From: Candidatus Latescibacterota bacterium
Lineage (GTDB): Bacteria; Latescibacterota; UBA2968; UBA8231
DNA: 64,000 nucleotides
Direction: 5' to 3'
Assembly: GCA_965217585.1 (NCBI GenBank)
Contig: OZ244561.1
Span: 5,024,001 to 5,088,000, forward strand
The notes under the pieces are model-generated. The model worked only from the letters and a program-made list of their open reading frames with translations. It had not been told where the DNA came from and ran no database searches. A program made the position numbers and the translations under genes. Shown here in pieces: positions 19,396-29,546 of this stretch (position 1 is its first letter; each line of letters begins with the position of its first letter).

Positions 19396-19908
19396 TCAAA
19401 AGATGTTGCCATATTCATGGCAGGCGGCTTCCAGCGATGCTGGCGCGGGTGTTCGCAATTTCCCCTCTGCACACATCTGTTCGAGTTCGTCAACATGTCT
19501 TCGACATTCTCGCTCCCGTTCAAGTCGAGGATATGTGTCCATCTCATTTACTTGCTTACCATCCAAATAGGCAAGCCAAGTTTCGATATTACGCATGGGA
19601 ACAAAGACGGCGACTTTGTCACTGGGTTTACGCGGCACAATACCTCTTTGATTACAGGCATCATCCATTTGTTTCAGCCGTTGTTCGATGCTGTAATTAT
19701 CTCCATCAATCATCACCACAAGAACACCGCCACGTTCGCGTATAGCGTCCAATTGTGCCGGATAGTTATCTTGAACAAATTGATCGCCTGCACCTACTCT
19801 GGCTCTCGACACAGCATATACATTCCGCTTGCGTTTTTTGAGAAATCTTCGGATAAAAGATTCGTGCTGTTTGTCTTCGCAGAGGACAGTTATTTGGGGG
19901 CGATTCAC
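19396..19908 (-). CDS. TOPRIM-like / DUF4276-like partner protein
   Basis: VLCED..HESF, VMIDGD (DxD), RNIETW; start overlaps the ATPase stop. Confidence 0.65.
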   Translation of the reverse strand: MNRPQITVLCEDKQHESFIRRFLKKRKRNVYAVSRARVGAGDQFVQDNYPAQLDAIRERGGVLVVMIDGDNYSIEQRLKQMDDACNQRGIVPRKPSDKVAVFVPMRNIETWLAYLDGKQVNEMDTYPRLERERECRRHVDELEQMCAEGKLRTPAPASLEAACHEYGNIF

Positions 19909-20999
19909 GGTGCAAGCCCCTGGGCGTAGAGTTCGGATATTTTTAACATCGTGTCGTTTTTGACATCCAAGATGCGCGTATGACTCTCCGGTTCACGCCC
20001 TAACCAAACGGCCTTGTCATTGAGAAAATCAATCGCTTCTGGATGATGAGAGATCAATATAGTCTGCGGCAGAGTGTCGCCACAGCCATCCTCCAACTCA
20101 GCGAGCCAAGGTTGCAACTCTGGGAGAGTTATATAGTTGTCCGGCTCATCCAAAAACAAAGTGCGCTCAGCATCATCGGCAAAGAGCAGCAAATGAATCA
20201 CGATTAATGCCCGCTGACCATCTGAAAGTTGGTCAAACCGATAGATATTGCCTGTTTCTCCATCATTCGGGGAAAATTCGGCTTGCAGTTCCCTATAATC
20301 AGTGCCTTTTTGTACGAGTCTCAATTCCACGAAACCGGGCAGAACATCGCGTAGGTGATCCATCGCCTCAAAGATTCGGCGCGGATTCTCCTGTAAGCGT
20401 CCCTGATACCACGACGCAAAATTCTCACCGCTGTCGCTGAGCCTATCGGTGTCGGAATCCGAACCGCTCCTCATGCGTTTTGTCTCCAAAAAAAGCGTCA
20501 CAAAACGGCGAACTTGATCTCGGAATGCACACAAGCGGGTATTGTCGTGCCGTTCGGCCACTGGTGCAAGACCCGATTGCGTCCAATCGAAAGAGTATTT
20601 TGGCCCCTCGCTGTGATCATCGCGGTAGAGTTGTACGTCGCCATTTACAAAAGTAAAAAGCGGCTTGTCATCGGATAGGAGCTCTTCGCGTATTACTCGT
20701 GCGGATCGTCTTGCCAAGTTGTGTTCAATTACAAGCCGGTAAAGACATACTTCGCCGGGTAGGGCGACCTCCAATTCAAAGTATTGCTCTAGCTTTTTGC
20801 TCCAGTGCGTTATATCAGCAGCGGGAAACAATTCATCGACCCGTGCATCGCCGCGAACAAAGTCGCGCAGTTTCCCCACAACCTCAAATACGGCTGACTT
20901 ACCGCATCCATTTGCTCCGAGCAGCAGCGTCAGTTCTCCGAAACGCAGATCGAAGTTGGTGAGGCACTTGTAGTTGTTAATGTGAATTCGTTTTAGCAT
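19905..20999 (-). CDS. AAA_21/ABC-type ATPase
   Basis: Walker A GANGCGKS, LSDGQR, LFLDEPD, ISHH. Confidence 0.85.
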   Translation of the reverse strand: MLKRIHINNYKCLTNFDLRFGELTLLLGANGCGKSAVFEVVGKLRDFVRGDARVDELFPAADITHWSKKLEQYFELEVALPGEVCLYRLVIEHNLARRSARVIREELLSDDKPLFTFVNGDVQLYRDDHSEGPKYSFDWTQSGLAPVAERHDNTRLCAFRDQVRRFVTLFLETKRMRSGSDSDTDRLSDSGENFASWYQGRLQENPRRIFEAMDHLRDVLPGFVELRLVQKGTDYRELQAEFSPNDGETGNIYRFDQLSDGQRALIVIHLLLFADDAERTLFLDEPDNYITLPELQPWLAELEDGCGDTLPQTILISHHPEAIDFLNDKAVWLGREPESHTRILDVKNDTMLKISELYAQGLAP

Positions 21000-21063
21000 G
21001 GTAATCCCCTAGAGAAGTCTCAAATAGATGGTCAATCTCCTTCTTAAAGATAGACATATTCCC

Positions 21064-22239
21064 TCAATGGTGAAAAAGCCGCACCCCCGAATTAATCATC
21101 AACATTCCGTATTCGTCTGCCGCCTCAATTACCAGATCATCCCGTGTTGACCCGCCGGCTTGGACTATGTACTCCACGCCTGAACGCTGCGCCCGGTCGA
21201 TGTTGTCGCGGAAGGGGAAGAAAGCGTCCGAACTCAGCGCCACGTCCTTGAGGTTGTCCAACCATTCCCGCTTCTCCTCGGCACTAAGCCGTTCTGGCAC
21301 CTCGCGGAAGTTGGCTTCCCAGGCCCTGAGTTCGGCCGGGGTGACATCCTCTTGCAGATAGATGTCGATGGCGTTGATTTTTTCCGGGCGCTTGAGGCCC
21401 TTGGCGAATTTCACGCCTAATACTTTGGGGTGCAGGCGCAGATACCAGTTGTCGGCCTTGGCGCAGGCCAAGCGCACGCAGTGGACGCGCGACTGCTGGC
21501 CAGCGCCAGTGCCGATGACTTGGCCGTCGCGGGCTAGGCACACCGAGTTGGATTGGGTGTACTTGAGGGCGATGGTTGCCACCGTCAGGTCGCGACGGGC
21601 ACTAGCCGGCAAGTCCTGACAGGCAGTGACGATGTTGTGGAAAAAGGCGTCGTCGGGGATAAAATCGTTGCGTTGCTGCGCGAGTTGGACGCCGAATATC
21701 TGGCGTTGTTCGGTCGCGTCAGGCGCGTAGTCCGGGTCGATTTGCAGGATGCGGTACTGGCCGCCCTTTTTCTTTTTTAAAAGCTCTAAAGCTTCTCGCT
21801 CGTAGCCGGGAGCAATGATCCCGTCGGAGACCTCGACGCGGATGAGATCGGCTGTGGAGAGATCGACCACGTCGCTCAGGGCGATCCAGTCGCCGAAGGA
21901 GGCGAGGCGGTCGGCACCACGGGCGCGGGCGTAAGCCGTGGCTAGCGGACTGAGGTCGCGGTCGGCGACGAAGTAGGACGCGCTCAGGGTCTCGTCGAGT
22001 GGTGCGGCGATGGCAGCACCGGCCGGAGAGACGTGTTTGAACGAAGCGGCAGCCGGTAGGCCGAGGGCGCGTTTGAGGTCGCGGACGAGCTGCCAGGCGT
22101 TGAGCGCGTCCATGAGGTTGATGTAGCTAGGGGCGTCGTTGAGCGGCTCGATGGGTAGGTCGCGGCCATCGGCCATAAAGCAGCGGGCCGCTGCTTGGTG
22201 GGGGTTGCATCCGTAGCGCATGTCGATTGTCGCGGGCAT
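21064..22239 (-). CDS. purH: AICAR transformylase (PurH lacking the IMP cyclohydrolase domain)
   Basis: [43 protein letters not shown]; 391 aa with no MGS-like N-domain. Confidence 0.85.
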   Translation of the reverse strand: MPATIDMRYGCNPHQAAARCFMADGRDLPIEPLNDAPSYINLMDALNAWQLVRDLKRALGLPAAASFKHVSPAGAAIAAPLDETLSASYFVADRDLSPLATAYARARGADRLASFGDWIALSDVVDLSTADLIRVEVSDGIIAPGYEREALELLKKKKGGQYRILQIDPDYAPDATEQRQIFGVQLAQQRNDFIPDDAFFHNIVTACQDLPASARRDLTVATIALKYTQSNSVCLARDGQVIGTGAGQQSRVHCVRLACAKADNWYLRLHPKVLGVKFAKGLKRPEKINAIDIYLQEDVTPAELRAWEANFREVPERLSAEEKREWLDNLKDVALSSDAFFPFRDNIDRAQRSGVEYIVQAGGSTRDDLVIEAADEYGMLMINSGVRLFHH

Positions 22240-22360
22240 AGTTCCTCCTCGATGAAGCCATTTGACAAAGGTTGGGGCGGCGTATTATGTTCGGCAATCG
22301 CGGTAAAAAGACAATCGCCAATCAACCCATTTTTGACAAGCCAAGGCGAGGTAAGCGACC

Positions 22361-23398
22361 ATGTTCAAAGGTTGTAGTACAGCCCTAGCGACGCCCATGA
22401 GCGCAGACGGCAGCATTGACTACGGCGGCTTGGAGCAACTCGTGGAATTCCAAATTGCCAACAATATCCAAGCTGTACTCGCGGTCGGAACGACTGGCGA
22501 AAGCCCGACTCTGCTGTGGGAGGAGCACAACGAAGTCATCGAGCGCACGGTCGCGCTGGCCAAAGGCCGCACCTTATCGATTGCCGGCACGGGCAGCAAC
22601 TCCACCAAGGAAACTTTGGCGGGCAGCGAGCACGCCGCCCACATCGGCGCGGACGCCGTGCTGCTGGTCGATCCCTACTACAATGGGCCCAGCTCCTTGG
22701 AGATTCGCCGCGAATACGTCGAGCCGGTAGCGCGGGCTTTTCCCGAGGTGCAGGTCATCCCCTACATCATCCCCGGACGCACCGGCTGCATGATGCAGGT
22801 GGAGGATTTGGCCACCCTCGCCCACCAGTACCCCAACGTGGCCCAAGTCAAAGAGGCGACCGGCGACTTAGACAATATGGCCAAGACCCGCCGGCTCTGC
22901 GGCGACGATTTTACCATCCTCTCGGGCGATGACGACAAGACCGTGGCGATGATGAAGAGCGAGGATATCCGGGCCGCTGGTGTCATCTCGGTGATGTCCA
23001 ATGTCATTCCAGGTCCCATTCAGCGGCTCACCGAGTTGCTCAACGCCGGCCAAGAGGACGAGGCCGATAGTTTGGCTGAGAAGCTGGCACCGCTTTTTGG
23101 CATCGTCGGCGTCGCGACCACTGAGCAGAGTGCGTATGGTCCGGTCGAGTGCAAGGTGCGCAACCCAGTGCCGGTCAAGACGCTGATGAATATTCTAGGC
23201 ATGCCGGCCGGGTCGGTGCGGCAGCCGCTGGGCAAGATGACGCACGCGGGCGCGCAAACGGTGCTGGACGCCGCGCGCCAAGTACACGCCAACGACCCAA
23301 CGGCTTTTGCGCCAGTCGCCGAGTTTTTCGGGGTGGATGTGGAAGCTCGTCTGCACGACGACTCGCTGGTCGAGTGCGTGGTGTATCCATCGTATTAA
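22361..23398 (+). CDS. dapA: 4-hydroxy-tetrahydrodipicolinate synthase
   Basis: GTTGESPTL, GTGSNST, PYYN, Y.IPGRTG, KEATGD, LSGDD. Confidence 0.92.
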   Translation: MFKGCSTALATPMSADGSIDYGGLEQLVEFQIANNIQAVLAVGTTGESPTLLWEEHNEVIERTVALAKGRTLSIAGTGSNSTKETLAGSEHAAHIGADAVLLVDPYYNGPSSLEIRREYVEPVARAFPEVQVIPYIIPGRTGCMMQVEDLATLAHQYPNVAQVKEATGDLDNMAKTRRLCGDDFTILSGDDDKTVAMMKSEDIRAAGVISVMSNVIPGPIQRLTELLNAGQEDEADSLAEKLAPLFGIVGVATTEQSAYGPVECKVRNPVPVKTLMNILGMPAGSVRQPLGKMTHAGAQTVLDAARQVHANDPTAFAPVAEFFGVDVEARLHDDSLVECVVYPSY

Positions 23399-23412
23399 GC
23401 GAGGCTAGAGCG

Positions 23413-24216
23413 ATGACCAAAATTGTAATCTGCGGGGTGGCTGGGCGCATGGGCCAGCGGCTGGCCCACTTGACTTTGACGACTGCGGACTTGGAGCTAT
23501 GCGGCGGCAAGGAGCGCCCAGATCACGAGGCTGTGGGGCGCGACATCGGCGAAGTCGTTGGCGCTCGGCACCTTGGCCTAACGGTCAGCGATACGCTGGC
23601 GGGCATCGTCGAACCCGATCAGGTCGTCGTCAGTTTTACGACCCCGGAGGCGACCCTTGAAGACGCGGCCCTTTGCGCGGTGCGCGGGGTGCCCATGGTG
23701 GTGGGGACTACGGGTTTTGACCCGGATCAGCTAGCGGAATTCAAGCAGACAGTAGCGGACATTACCTGCGTGTTTGCGTCGAATTTTAGCACCGCCATGA
23801 ACGTGCTCTTCAAGCTGGTCGAAGAGGCGGCCCGGATCTTGGGCGACGACTACGATGTGGAAATCATTGAAGCGCATCACCGGCACAAGGTCGATGCGCC
23901 CTCTGGGTCGGCGCTGACGCTGGCCGAGCGGGCCGCAGCCGGATTGGGCCGCAACTTGCGCGAGGTGGCCGTACACGGGCGGTCGGGTGTGGTCGGTGAG
24001 CGCTCTCGCCAAGAGATTGGCCTGCACGCGATCCGCGCCGGCGACTTGGCGGGCGAGCACTCGGTGCTCTACGCGGCCCCGGGCGAGTGCCTTGAGCTGC
24101 AGCACCGCGCCACGAGCCGCGATTCCTTTGCCTTGGGTGCGCTGCGCGCCGCTCGTTTTGCAGCGCAGGCCGCGCCGGGGATGTACTCGATGGGAGACGT
24201 GTTGGGGCTGGGTTGA
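23413..24216 (+). CDS. dapB: 4-hydroxy-tetrahydrodipicolinate reductase
   Basis: G..GRMG, GTTG, EAHHRHKVDAPSG; start set at ATG 23413. Confidence 0.92.
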   Translation: MTKIVICGVAGRMGQRLAHLTLTTADLELCGGKERPDHEAVGRDIGEVVGARHLGLTVSDTLAGIVEPDQVVVSFTTPEATLEDAALCAVRGVPMVVGTTGFDPDQLAEFKQTVADITCVFASNFSTAMNVLFKLVEEAARILGDDYDVEIIEAHHRHKVDAPSGSALTLAERAAAGLGRNLREVAVHGRSGVVGERSRQEIGLHAIRAGDLAGEHSVLYAAPGECLELQHRATSRDSFALGALRAARFAAQAAPGMYSMGDVLGLG

Positions 24217-24228
24217 GTCGGAGGTAGC

Positions 24229-24996
24229 TCAGCGCTTGGGGCGGAGGAGGTGCTGCAGCCCTGGCCACAGGGTTTGGATCTTGTCGCGCAGCCGAGCGGC
24301 TTCCTCAAAATTTTCCGCTTCCACGGCCACTTGTAGGTCGCGCTCTAATTGTTCGCGCTGGGACAGCGGGCGCTCCTGCTCTAATTCCTCGTACCATTCG
24401 CGCAAAAAGGAAATCTCGGGCAAATCCTCTTCTAGCTCGGATTCCCATTCTTCGACAAAGCTCTCGATGTGGGCGATGCCCTCTTCGACGGCGCGCATGG
24501 CCGCTGGATAGTCGTCATTGTGGAGGGCTAGCATGGCGTGTGCCCGGGTCTGCATCATAATCGCGTGTGGGTAGTACTGCTCAAAGTACCAGCGGATCTC
24601 GTCGTTGGGCGCGCACTGATCGACCAATTCAAAAATCTGTAGGGTGTGCTCCGTATCGGCGACTACCCCTTCGTAGTCCTCTAGATTGAACAGACTCAAG
24701 TAGCGGTGGTAGTACTGCCAAGCCTCTTGGAAGAGTTCTTCGCACTCTTCTTCCTCTAGCACGAAGCTTTCCGGGGTGTCGCGCGATTCGATGAGGTCTT
24801 GGTAGTAGTCGAGCAGCGAGGGGCAGCCGTGCGGTTGTTGGCCGTCGGGGCGGCCGTCCAATTCGAGCTGAAGAAGCCCCATGTCGATGCGGATCTGAAG
24901 TTTTTCCTCGCCCTTGCTGGTGCGGATGCGCCGAGCGAGGAATTCGTCGGGCTTGAATGCCCAACCGTTGAGCAAGTCGCCGATATCGTAATTCAT
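24229..24996 (-). CDS. UvrB/UvrC-motif-containing conserved protein
   Basis: KLQIRIDMGLLQLELDGRPDG, QYYHRYL, and C-terminal AVEAENFEEAARLRDKI UVR motif; start ATG 24996 inferred. Confidence 0.75.
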   Translation of the reverse strand: MNYDIGDLLNGWAFKPDEFLARRIRTSKGEEKLQIRIDMGLLQLELDGRPDGQQPHGCPSLLDYYQDLIESRDTPESFVLEEEECEELFQEAWQYYHRYLSLFNLEDYEGVVADTEHTLQIFELVDQCAPNDEIRWYFEQYYPHAIMMQTRAHAMLALHNDDYPAAMRAVEEGIAHIESFVEEWESELEEDLPEISFLREWYEELEQERPLSQREQLERDLQVAVEAENFEEAARLRDKIQTLWPGLQHLLRPKR

Positions 24997-25256
24997 GGGC
25001 GCGCTCTCTGACAGAATATAGAATGAAGAAACCCGGTGCCGAGGAGGCCGGGGGAGCACAAGGGACAATATATGGCAGAACCTAGTACTGCGCTACTAAT
25101 CGTCGCGTTTCTCGTCAAGTCGCTTGCCCATATAAAAGAAGCGCCGGGCTACAGGCCCCGCGCTCATCGTAACATATAATATACGAAAAAAGAAAAAGGA
25201 TGTCCAGTATATTTATTTAAGTAGAATATAAATAACATGTTAGATAAAATTTTATA

Positions 25257-25285
25257 TTGACACGATCCACCGCCTAATCTACCTT
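25257..25285 (+). promoter_or_regulatory. Putative sigma70 promoter with an AT-rich upstream region
   Basis: TTGACA-17 bp-TACCTT, preceded by an AT-rich tract (25170-25256) and followed by an AGGAGG RBS before 25329. Confidence 0.5.
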
Positions 25286-25328
25286 AAAACCGCCCTCAAT
25301 TCCCAACTCATTCCATACAGGAGGACCG

Positions 25329-26093
25329 ATGTCCCAGCACGAGGACGATGCCCTGCAAGTGCAGGGCGGCCGGGTGGTGCTAGGGGAGTGGTCGGGCGAT
25401 CTGGAAGAATTGATCGCCAAGAACGTCGCCTTGCGCCAAATGCTGCGCGAAGGACGCGCCGACGAGGCCCGTGCACTGCTCAAGGCGCAGGTCGTTGAGG
25501 AACAAGCCGCGTTGGTGGCCATAGACGCAAACCCCGAGGAGGTGCTCTCGCTGACTGGCATGGACGACCAAGGCCGCCCGGGGTACTTGCCCGCTGTGGT
25601 CGATAAGCTGCCGTCGGAGATCATCGCCGAGTTGGTCGCCCCCAGCGGGTACAAACTGGCGAGGTTCAACACCGCGCTGTTGCAAACCATGTCGGCGGAG
25701 TCGTTTGCCCGCGCCGTAGAGGATACGCTCGATCCGATTTACTACCACGGCAACCGCACCAAGGTCTCGTGGGAATGGCTCGAAGCGGTCGCGGCGCTAG
25801 ACGATCACAACAAGCGCGCCGCGCTCTTGTTCAAGGTGGATCCGAGCCTGATCGAGGACGCGCTATTGGACAAGGTCGATAGCATTGACATGCACGCCGA
25901 GATCGATGCGGGTAGTTTTGGCCCTATTTCGGCTTATCGCCTGCTGTCGGAGTCGGGCCAGGCGGTGATGTTGCCGCCGATCAGCGACCCGGAGGTCGCC
26001 GAAGTCATATACGCCTTGCACCAAGCCGCACCCGAACTGCTGTCAAAGGTGCTGCGCGCCGCTTGGGAACGGGCCGGCGGAGGGGCCTCGTGA
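25329..26093 (+). CDS. Hypothetical helical protein
   Basis: 254-aa ORF with strong RBS and host-like codon usage. Confidence 0.7.
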   Translation: MSQHEDDALQVQGGRVVLGEWSGDLEELIAKNVALRQMLREGRADEARALLKAQVVEEQAALVAIDANPEEVLSLTGMDDQGRPGYLPAVVDKLPSEIIAELVAPSGYKLARFNTALLQTMSAESFARAVEDTLDPIYYHGNRTKVSWEWLEAVAALDDHNKRAALLFKVDPSLIEDALLDKVDSIDMHAEIDAGSFGPISAYRLLSESGQAVMLPPISDPEVAEVIYALHQAAPELLSKVLRAAWERAGGGAS

Positions 26094-27001
26094 GCCGGCT
26101 AGCGCGCGTCGATCTCAACCAAGTCCCACTCGACCGCAGCAGTTTCATCGGCCAAGTGGTCGCCGCGGGCCTCGAATACGAGCAGTTGTCGCCGCACTTT
26201 ATGGATTCGCTGCGGGCCTATCTTCGGGTTCGCGGGCTGGCCTTTGCCCAGCGCCAGCGCACCGGCATCGCCCTCGGCCGCGATCTGTTGCGCCAAGGCA
26301 TGGAGCGGGGCTTGGCGTGCATGGACTTGGCGTTGGAGGAGGAAAGCGACGGCGACCTCAACGCAGCCGTCGCCAAGCTGGCCAGCGACCCGTTTGACGC
26401 GCTCTACAAGCAGGGCTGGGAGCGCGCTTTCCAGCGCTTGAAAGAGATGCGTCAGCAGGCCCGCACCTTGGTCGGCTGTCCCGAGCTGGGCTTTTGGCCC
26501 GATCTGCGTCCCAAAGTTTCGGCTTTGACCCAGCTCGTGCCCGAGACGTGGACCGGCCCCAGCGCCATCGACCTGCGCGCCGACGGCCAGATGCTGCAAG
26601 AGCTAACCGGCAAGGTGGCCTTTGTGCGCTCGTTGCCCAAGCCATCGGTGGCCGCTTTGCTGCAGCAGGTCGAGGTGGATTTCGCCGGCGTGCTGCATCG
26701 CGTCATTTTGGCGTTGGCGTTGGGGCGCGCCGAGCTAGTGGTCAACGAGGCACAGGTGTCGCGCTTTCGCGCCGAGTGTTTTACCGCAGACGGGCTGTGC
26801 CCTCACGTGCGCCGACAGGTGTTGGCCCAGCTCGTTGAGCATTTGAACGATGCCGTGGCGGATGCGGAAGTCCGGGCGCGGATTGCCGACGAGTTGGGCG
26901 CGGAAATCGAGGTACTGGAACGGGCTGCAGGCCGTGGTGACCTAACTGCGTTCTTTCTATCGCATCCAGTGTCGCTTTTTTCGCCTGAGGAATTTGAGTA
27001 G
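26090..27001 (+). CDS. Hypothetical helical protein, translationally coupled to the previous gene
   Basis: GTGA overlap at 26090-26093; long ORF with host-like codon usage. Confidence 0.65.
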   Translation: MSRLARVDLNQVPLDRSSFIGQVVAAGLEYEQLSPHFMDSLRAYLRVRGLAFAQRQRTGIALGRDLLRQGMERGLACMDLALEEESDGDLNAAVAKLASDPFDALYKQGWERAFQRLKEMRQQARTLVGCPELGFWPDLRPKVSALTQLVPETWTGPSAIDLRADGQMLQELTGKVAFVRSLPKPSVAALLQQVEVDFAGVLHRVILALALGRAELVVNEAQVSRFRAECFTADGLCPHVRRQVLAQLVEHLNDAVADAEVRARIADELGAEIEVLERAAGRGDLTAFFLSHPVSLFSPEEFE

Positions 27002-27043
27002 CTTTGCAAATTCCCATGCACTCCACACCTTCTGCGAGGTCTT

Positions 27044-27967
27044 ATGGCTCATCACGAATTCACCCCCACCCACTACCACACAACCATCGGCTGGCACGAG
27101 CCCGTGCTGGCCATTGCCCCCGGCGATACGGTTTCTACTACGACAGTTGACGCCCGCGGCCAGGACCAGCACGGCGAGCGGGTCACTGAGCGCGGCAACC
27201 CGATGACTGGTCCTTTCTACATAGAGGGAGCCGAGCCGGGCGATACGCTAGTCGTCCACTTCGACAAGCTCTATCCCAACCGCGACTGGGGCTGGACGGC
27301 CAAGGAAATCGCGCCCAACGTGCTGGACCCGGGTTTTACAACCGGAATTGAGCGCGACGACCAACCGCTCCGGTGGCCGATTGACCTAGCGGCGGGCTCG
27401 GCAACGCAGCCGGATGTCCTGCCGGGCTTGGTGCTGCCCCTCAACCCGATGCTGGGCTGTTTCGGGGTGGCCCCGCCGCGCGGTCAGGCCATTTCCACGG
27501 CGACCTCTTCGACCCACGGCGGCAACATGGACTACCGAGGCTTTGTCGCGGGCGTGACTGTCTATCTGCCGGTCGCGGCACCGGGGGCGCTCTTCCACCT
27601 AGGCGATGGGCACGCCGTCCAGGGTGACGGCGAGATCGTCGGTACGGGCGTGGAAATCTCTTTTGACGCGACGTTTAGGGTAGATGTGATCAAAGGCAAG
27701 GGGATCGGCTGGCCCCGCGCTGAAAACGCCACGCATATTCTCGCGGCTGGCAATGCGCGTCCCTTGGACCAATGCGTGCAGCACGCCACCAGTGAGCTGG
27801 TCAACTGGCTTACCGAGGACTATGAGCTGACCGAATTGAGCGCCCACGCGCTCTTGGGGCAGTGCGTGGAATACGATATGGGGAACGTGTACGATCCGGC
27901 GTACACCATGGTTTGCAAGGTCGCCAAGTCGCTGCTCGCGGCTATGGGAGCCGAGCGCGCCTCATAG
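27044..27967 (+). CDS. Acetamidase/formamidase-family protein
   Basis: NPMTGPFYIEGAEPGD, GGNMD, GDGHAVQGDGE. Confidence 0.88.
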   Translation: MAHHEFTPTHYHTTIGWHEPVLAIAPGDTVSTTTVDARGQDQHGERVTERGNPMTGPFYIEGAEPGDTLVVHFDKLYPNRDWGWTAKEIAPNVLDPGFTTGIERDDQPLRWPIDLAAGSATQPDVLPGLVLPLNPMLGCFGVAPPRGQAISTATSSTHGGNMDYRGFVAGVTVYLPVAAPGALFHLGDGHAVQGDGEIVGTGVEISFDATFRVDVIKGKGIGWPRAENATHILAAGNARPLDQCVQHATSELVNWLTEDYELTELSAHALLGQCVEYDMGNVYDPAYTMVCKVAKSLLAAMGAERAS

Positions 27968-29458
27968 ATCGGCGATGGAGTCGAGGCCCTCGGGCTGAGG
28001 TAGGACATAGCGGACGGGTTGGATGGTGCCGTCGCGGCGGCGCGCCTGTTCGACCCGTTTGCACTTGATGACGGAGTGCTCGATGAGCAGGTCGTCGTCG
28101 ATTTGGCAGCCGTAGAGGTAGCTGGTGCCCTTGATGGTTACGCGCTCGCCCACGCGCATGGGGTGTTCGTCGCTGCCGGTCAGGAGTACGCCAGACTCGA
28201 TGCGGCTGTGCGCGCCAATCCGCAGGTTCCCCTTGATGATGTTGCGGCTGAGTACTTCGACCTCGTCGTCCAAGAAGAGGGTCTGCCCTGGGTAGGTACT
28301 CAGCTCGACGCCGACGCCAATTTGTACCCCCTCGCCTAGCACCACGTGGCCACTCAGATGGCTGCGGTCACCGATGGTAACTCGACGGTTGAGTTGGACC
28401 TCGGGGCCGATGTAGGTGCCCTTGCCGATGACGATGTCCAAGGGGCCGCACTCCGCGTCCATGTTGAGGATCTGCTCGATGACCTCGTCGGCGATGAAGA
28501 AGTCTTCCTCGTCGGCGATGGTGATGGTGTCCTTGAGTTTGTCGTAGGCCCAGCGGCGGGCTATGGCCTGCATCTGACGCCAGACGCTTTTGACGTTGAA
28601 GGCGAGGAGTTCTTCTTCGCTGTCGGCCGTGGCTGCTCGCACCACGAGCTGGTGCTGATTGAAGATTTGCACTAAGTCGGTCAGCAGTAACTCGCCTTGG
28701 GCATTGTCGGTGTCGAGATGCTGGATGTACGTCCGCAGCGCGCTTTCTCTGAAGGCGAAGACGCCGGTGTTGATCTCGCGCGTTTCCAACAGCTCTTGGC
28801 GCGTGAAGGTGTAGGTGCGGCCATTGTAAGCGGCTTCGTAGGGCGTTGCTGCGTCGAGGCTGAGAATGTCCTTGTGCTCCCTGATCTCAATGACCTTGTC
28901 GCGGTCTGCGCCCGCTGGCTGCCCCTCGGCGTCGGTGGCTGGCACGCGCACGATGCGGCCATAGGAGTTGGTCTCGGCCGGGCCGCTGTACAGGCCGGTG
29001 AGCACCATCATGTCGCAGTCGGCGTTGTCAAAGCTGGCGCGGAAGTGGGCAACGACCTGCCCGGTCAACAAGCCCATGTCCCCTAAAAATATGTACACGT
29101 CGCGATCAGTAGCCATCGCGGGGAAGGCTTGGAGGCCGACGCGCACGGCGTCGCCGGTTCCGGCCGGCCGGCCGAGGACCGGGTTTTCTTGGTACGCGAA
29201 AAGACGCCCCGGTTGGGGGCCGGCCGCGCGGGCGACTTCCGCGCCCTTGATGCCCACGACGATGACTTGATTGGGGCTGTCGAGGCCCTCTTGCACGGCG
29301 CGGGCCACGCGCACGGCTGTCGGCTGGCCCCAAATTTCGTGCAGCATCTTGGAGGTCTCCGAGCGGATGCGCTTGCCGTGACCGGCCGCCAAAACGATGC
29401 CGATGCGGTGGATGTCGTCTAGGATTGGTGAATTAATCTCCGCAAGTAGGTCGTGCAT
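27962..29458 (-). CDS. GlmU-like nucleotidyltransferase with a short left-handed beta-helix
   Basis: LAAGHGKRIRS..SKMLH, GTGDAV, YGRIVR, EINTG, NAQGE..LTD, hexapeptide repeats; start ATG 29458 inferred. Confidence 0.75.
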   Translation of the reverse strand: MHDLLAEINSPILDDIHRIGIVLAAGHGKRIRSETSKMLHEIWGQPTAVRVARAVQEGLDSPNQVIVVGIKGAEVARAAGPQPGRLFAYQENPVLGRPAGTGDAVRVGLQAFPAMATDRDVYIFLGDMGLLTGQVVAHFRASFDNADCDMMVLTGLYSGPAETNSYGRIVRVPATDAEGQPAGADRDKVIEIREHKDILSLDAATPYEAAYNGRTYTFTRQELLETREINTGVFAFRESALRTYIQHLDTDNAQGELLLTDLVQIFNQHQLVVRAATADSEEELLAFNVKSVWRQMQAIARRWAYDKLKDTITIADEEDFFIADEVIEQILNMDAECGPLDIVIGKGTYIGPEVQLNRRVTIGDRSHLSGHVVLGEGVQIGVGVELSTYPGQTLFLDDEVEVLSRNIIKGNLRIGAHSRIESGVLLTGSDEHPMRVGERVTIKGTSYLYGCQIDDDLLIEHSVIKCKRVEQARRRDGTIQPVRYVLPQPEGLDSIADL

Positions 29459-29482
29459 CGGGTCTCTTTCTTTTGATTCTCT

Positions 29483-29514
29483 AGGTAGGGGCGACCGGCC
29501 GGTCGCCCCTACCT
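29483..29514. repeat. REP-like perfect palindrome (GTAG-type)
   Basis: AGGTAGGGGCGACCGGCCGGTCGCCCCTACCT, intergenic; second copy at 54253-54280. Confidence 0.8.
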
Positions 29515-29546
29515 TAACGCAACGGTTGTGCATCGGGTTCCTTCGT

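Noticed and set aside
17968-21000. Integron cassette array
   Set aside because: The genes are small and co-oriented but overlap directly; no attC-like repeats or intI were found.
23149-23412. N-terminal extension of dapB given by the ORF track
   Set aside because: It overlaps dapA; the Rossmann motif starts right after ATG 23413, which has an RBS.
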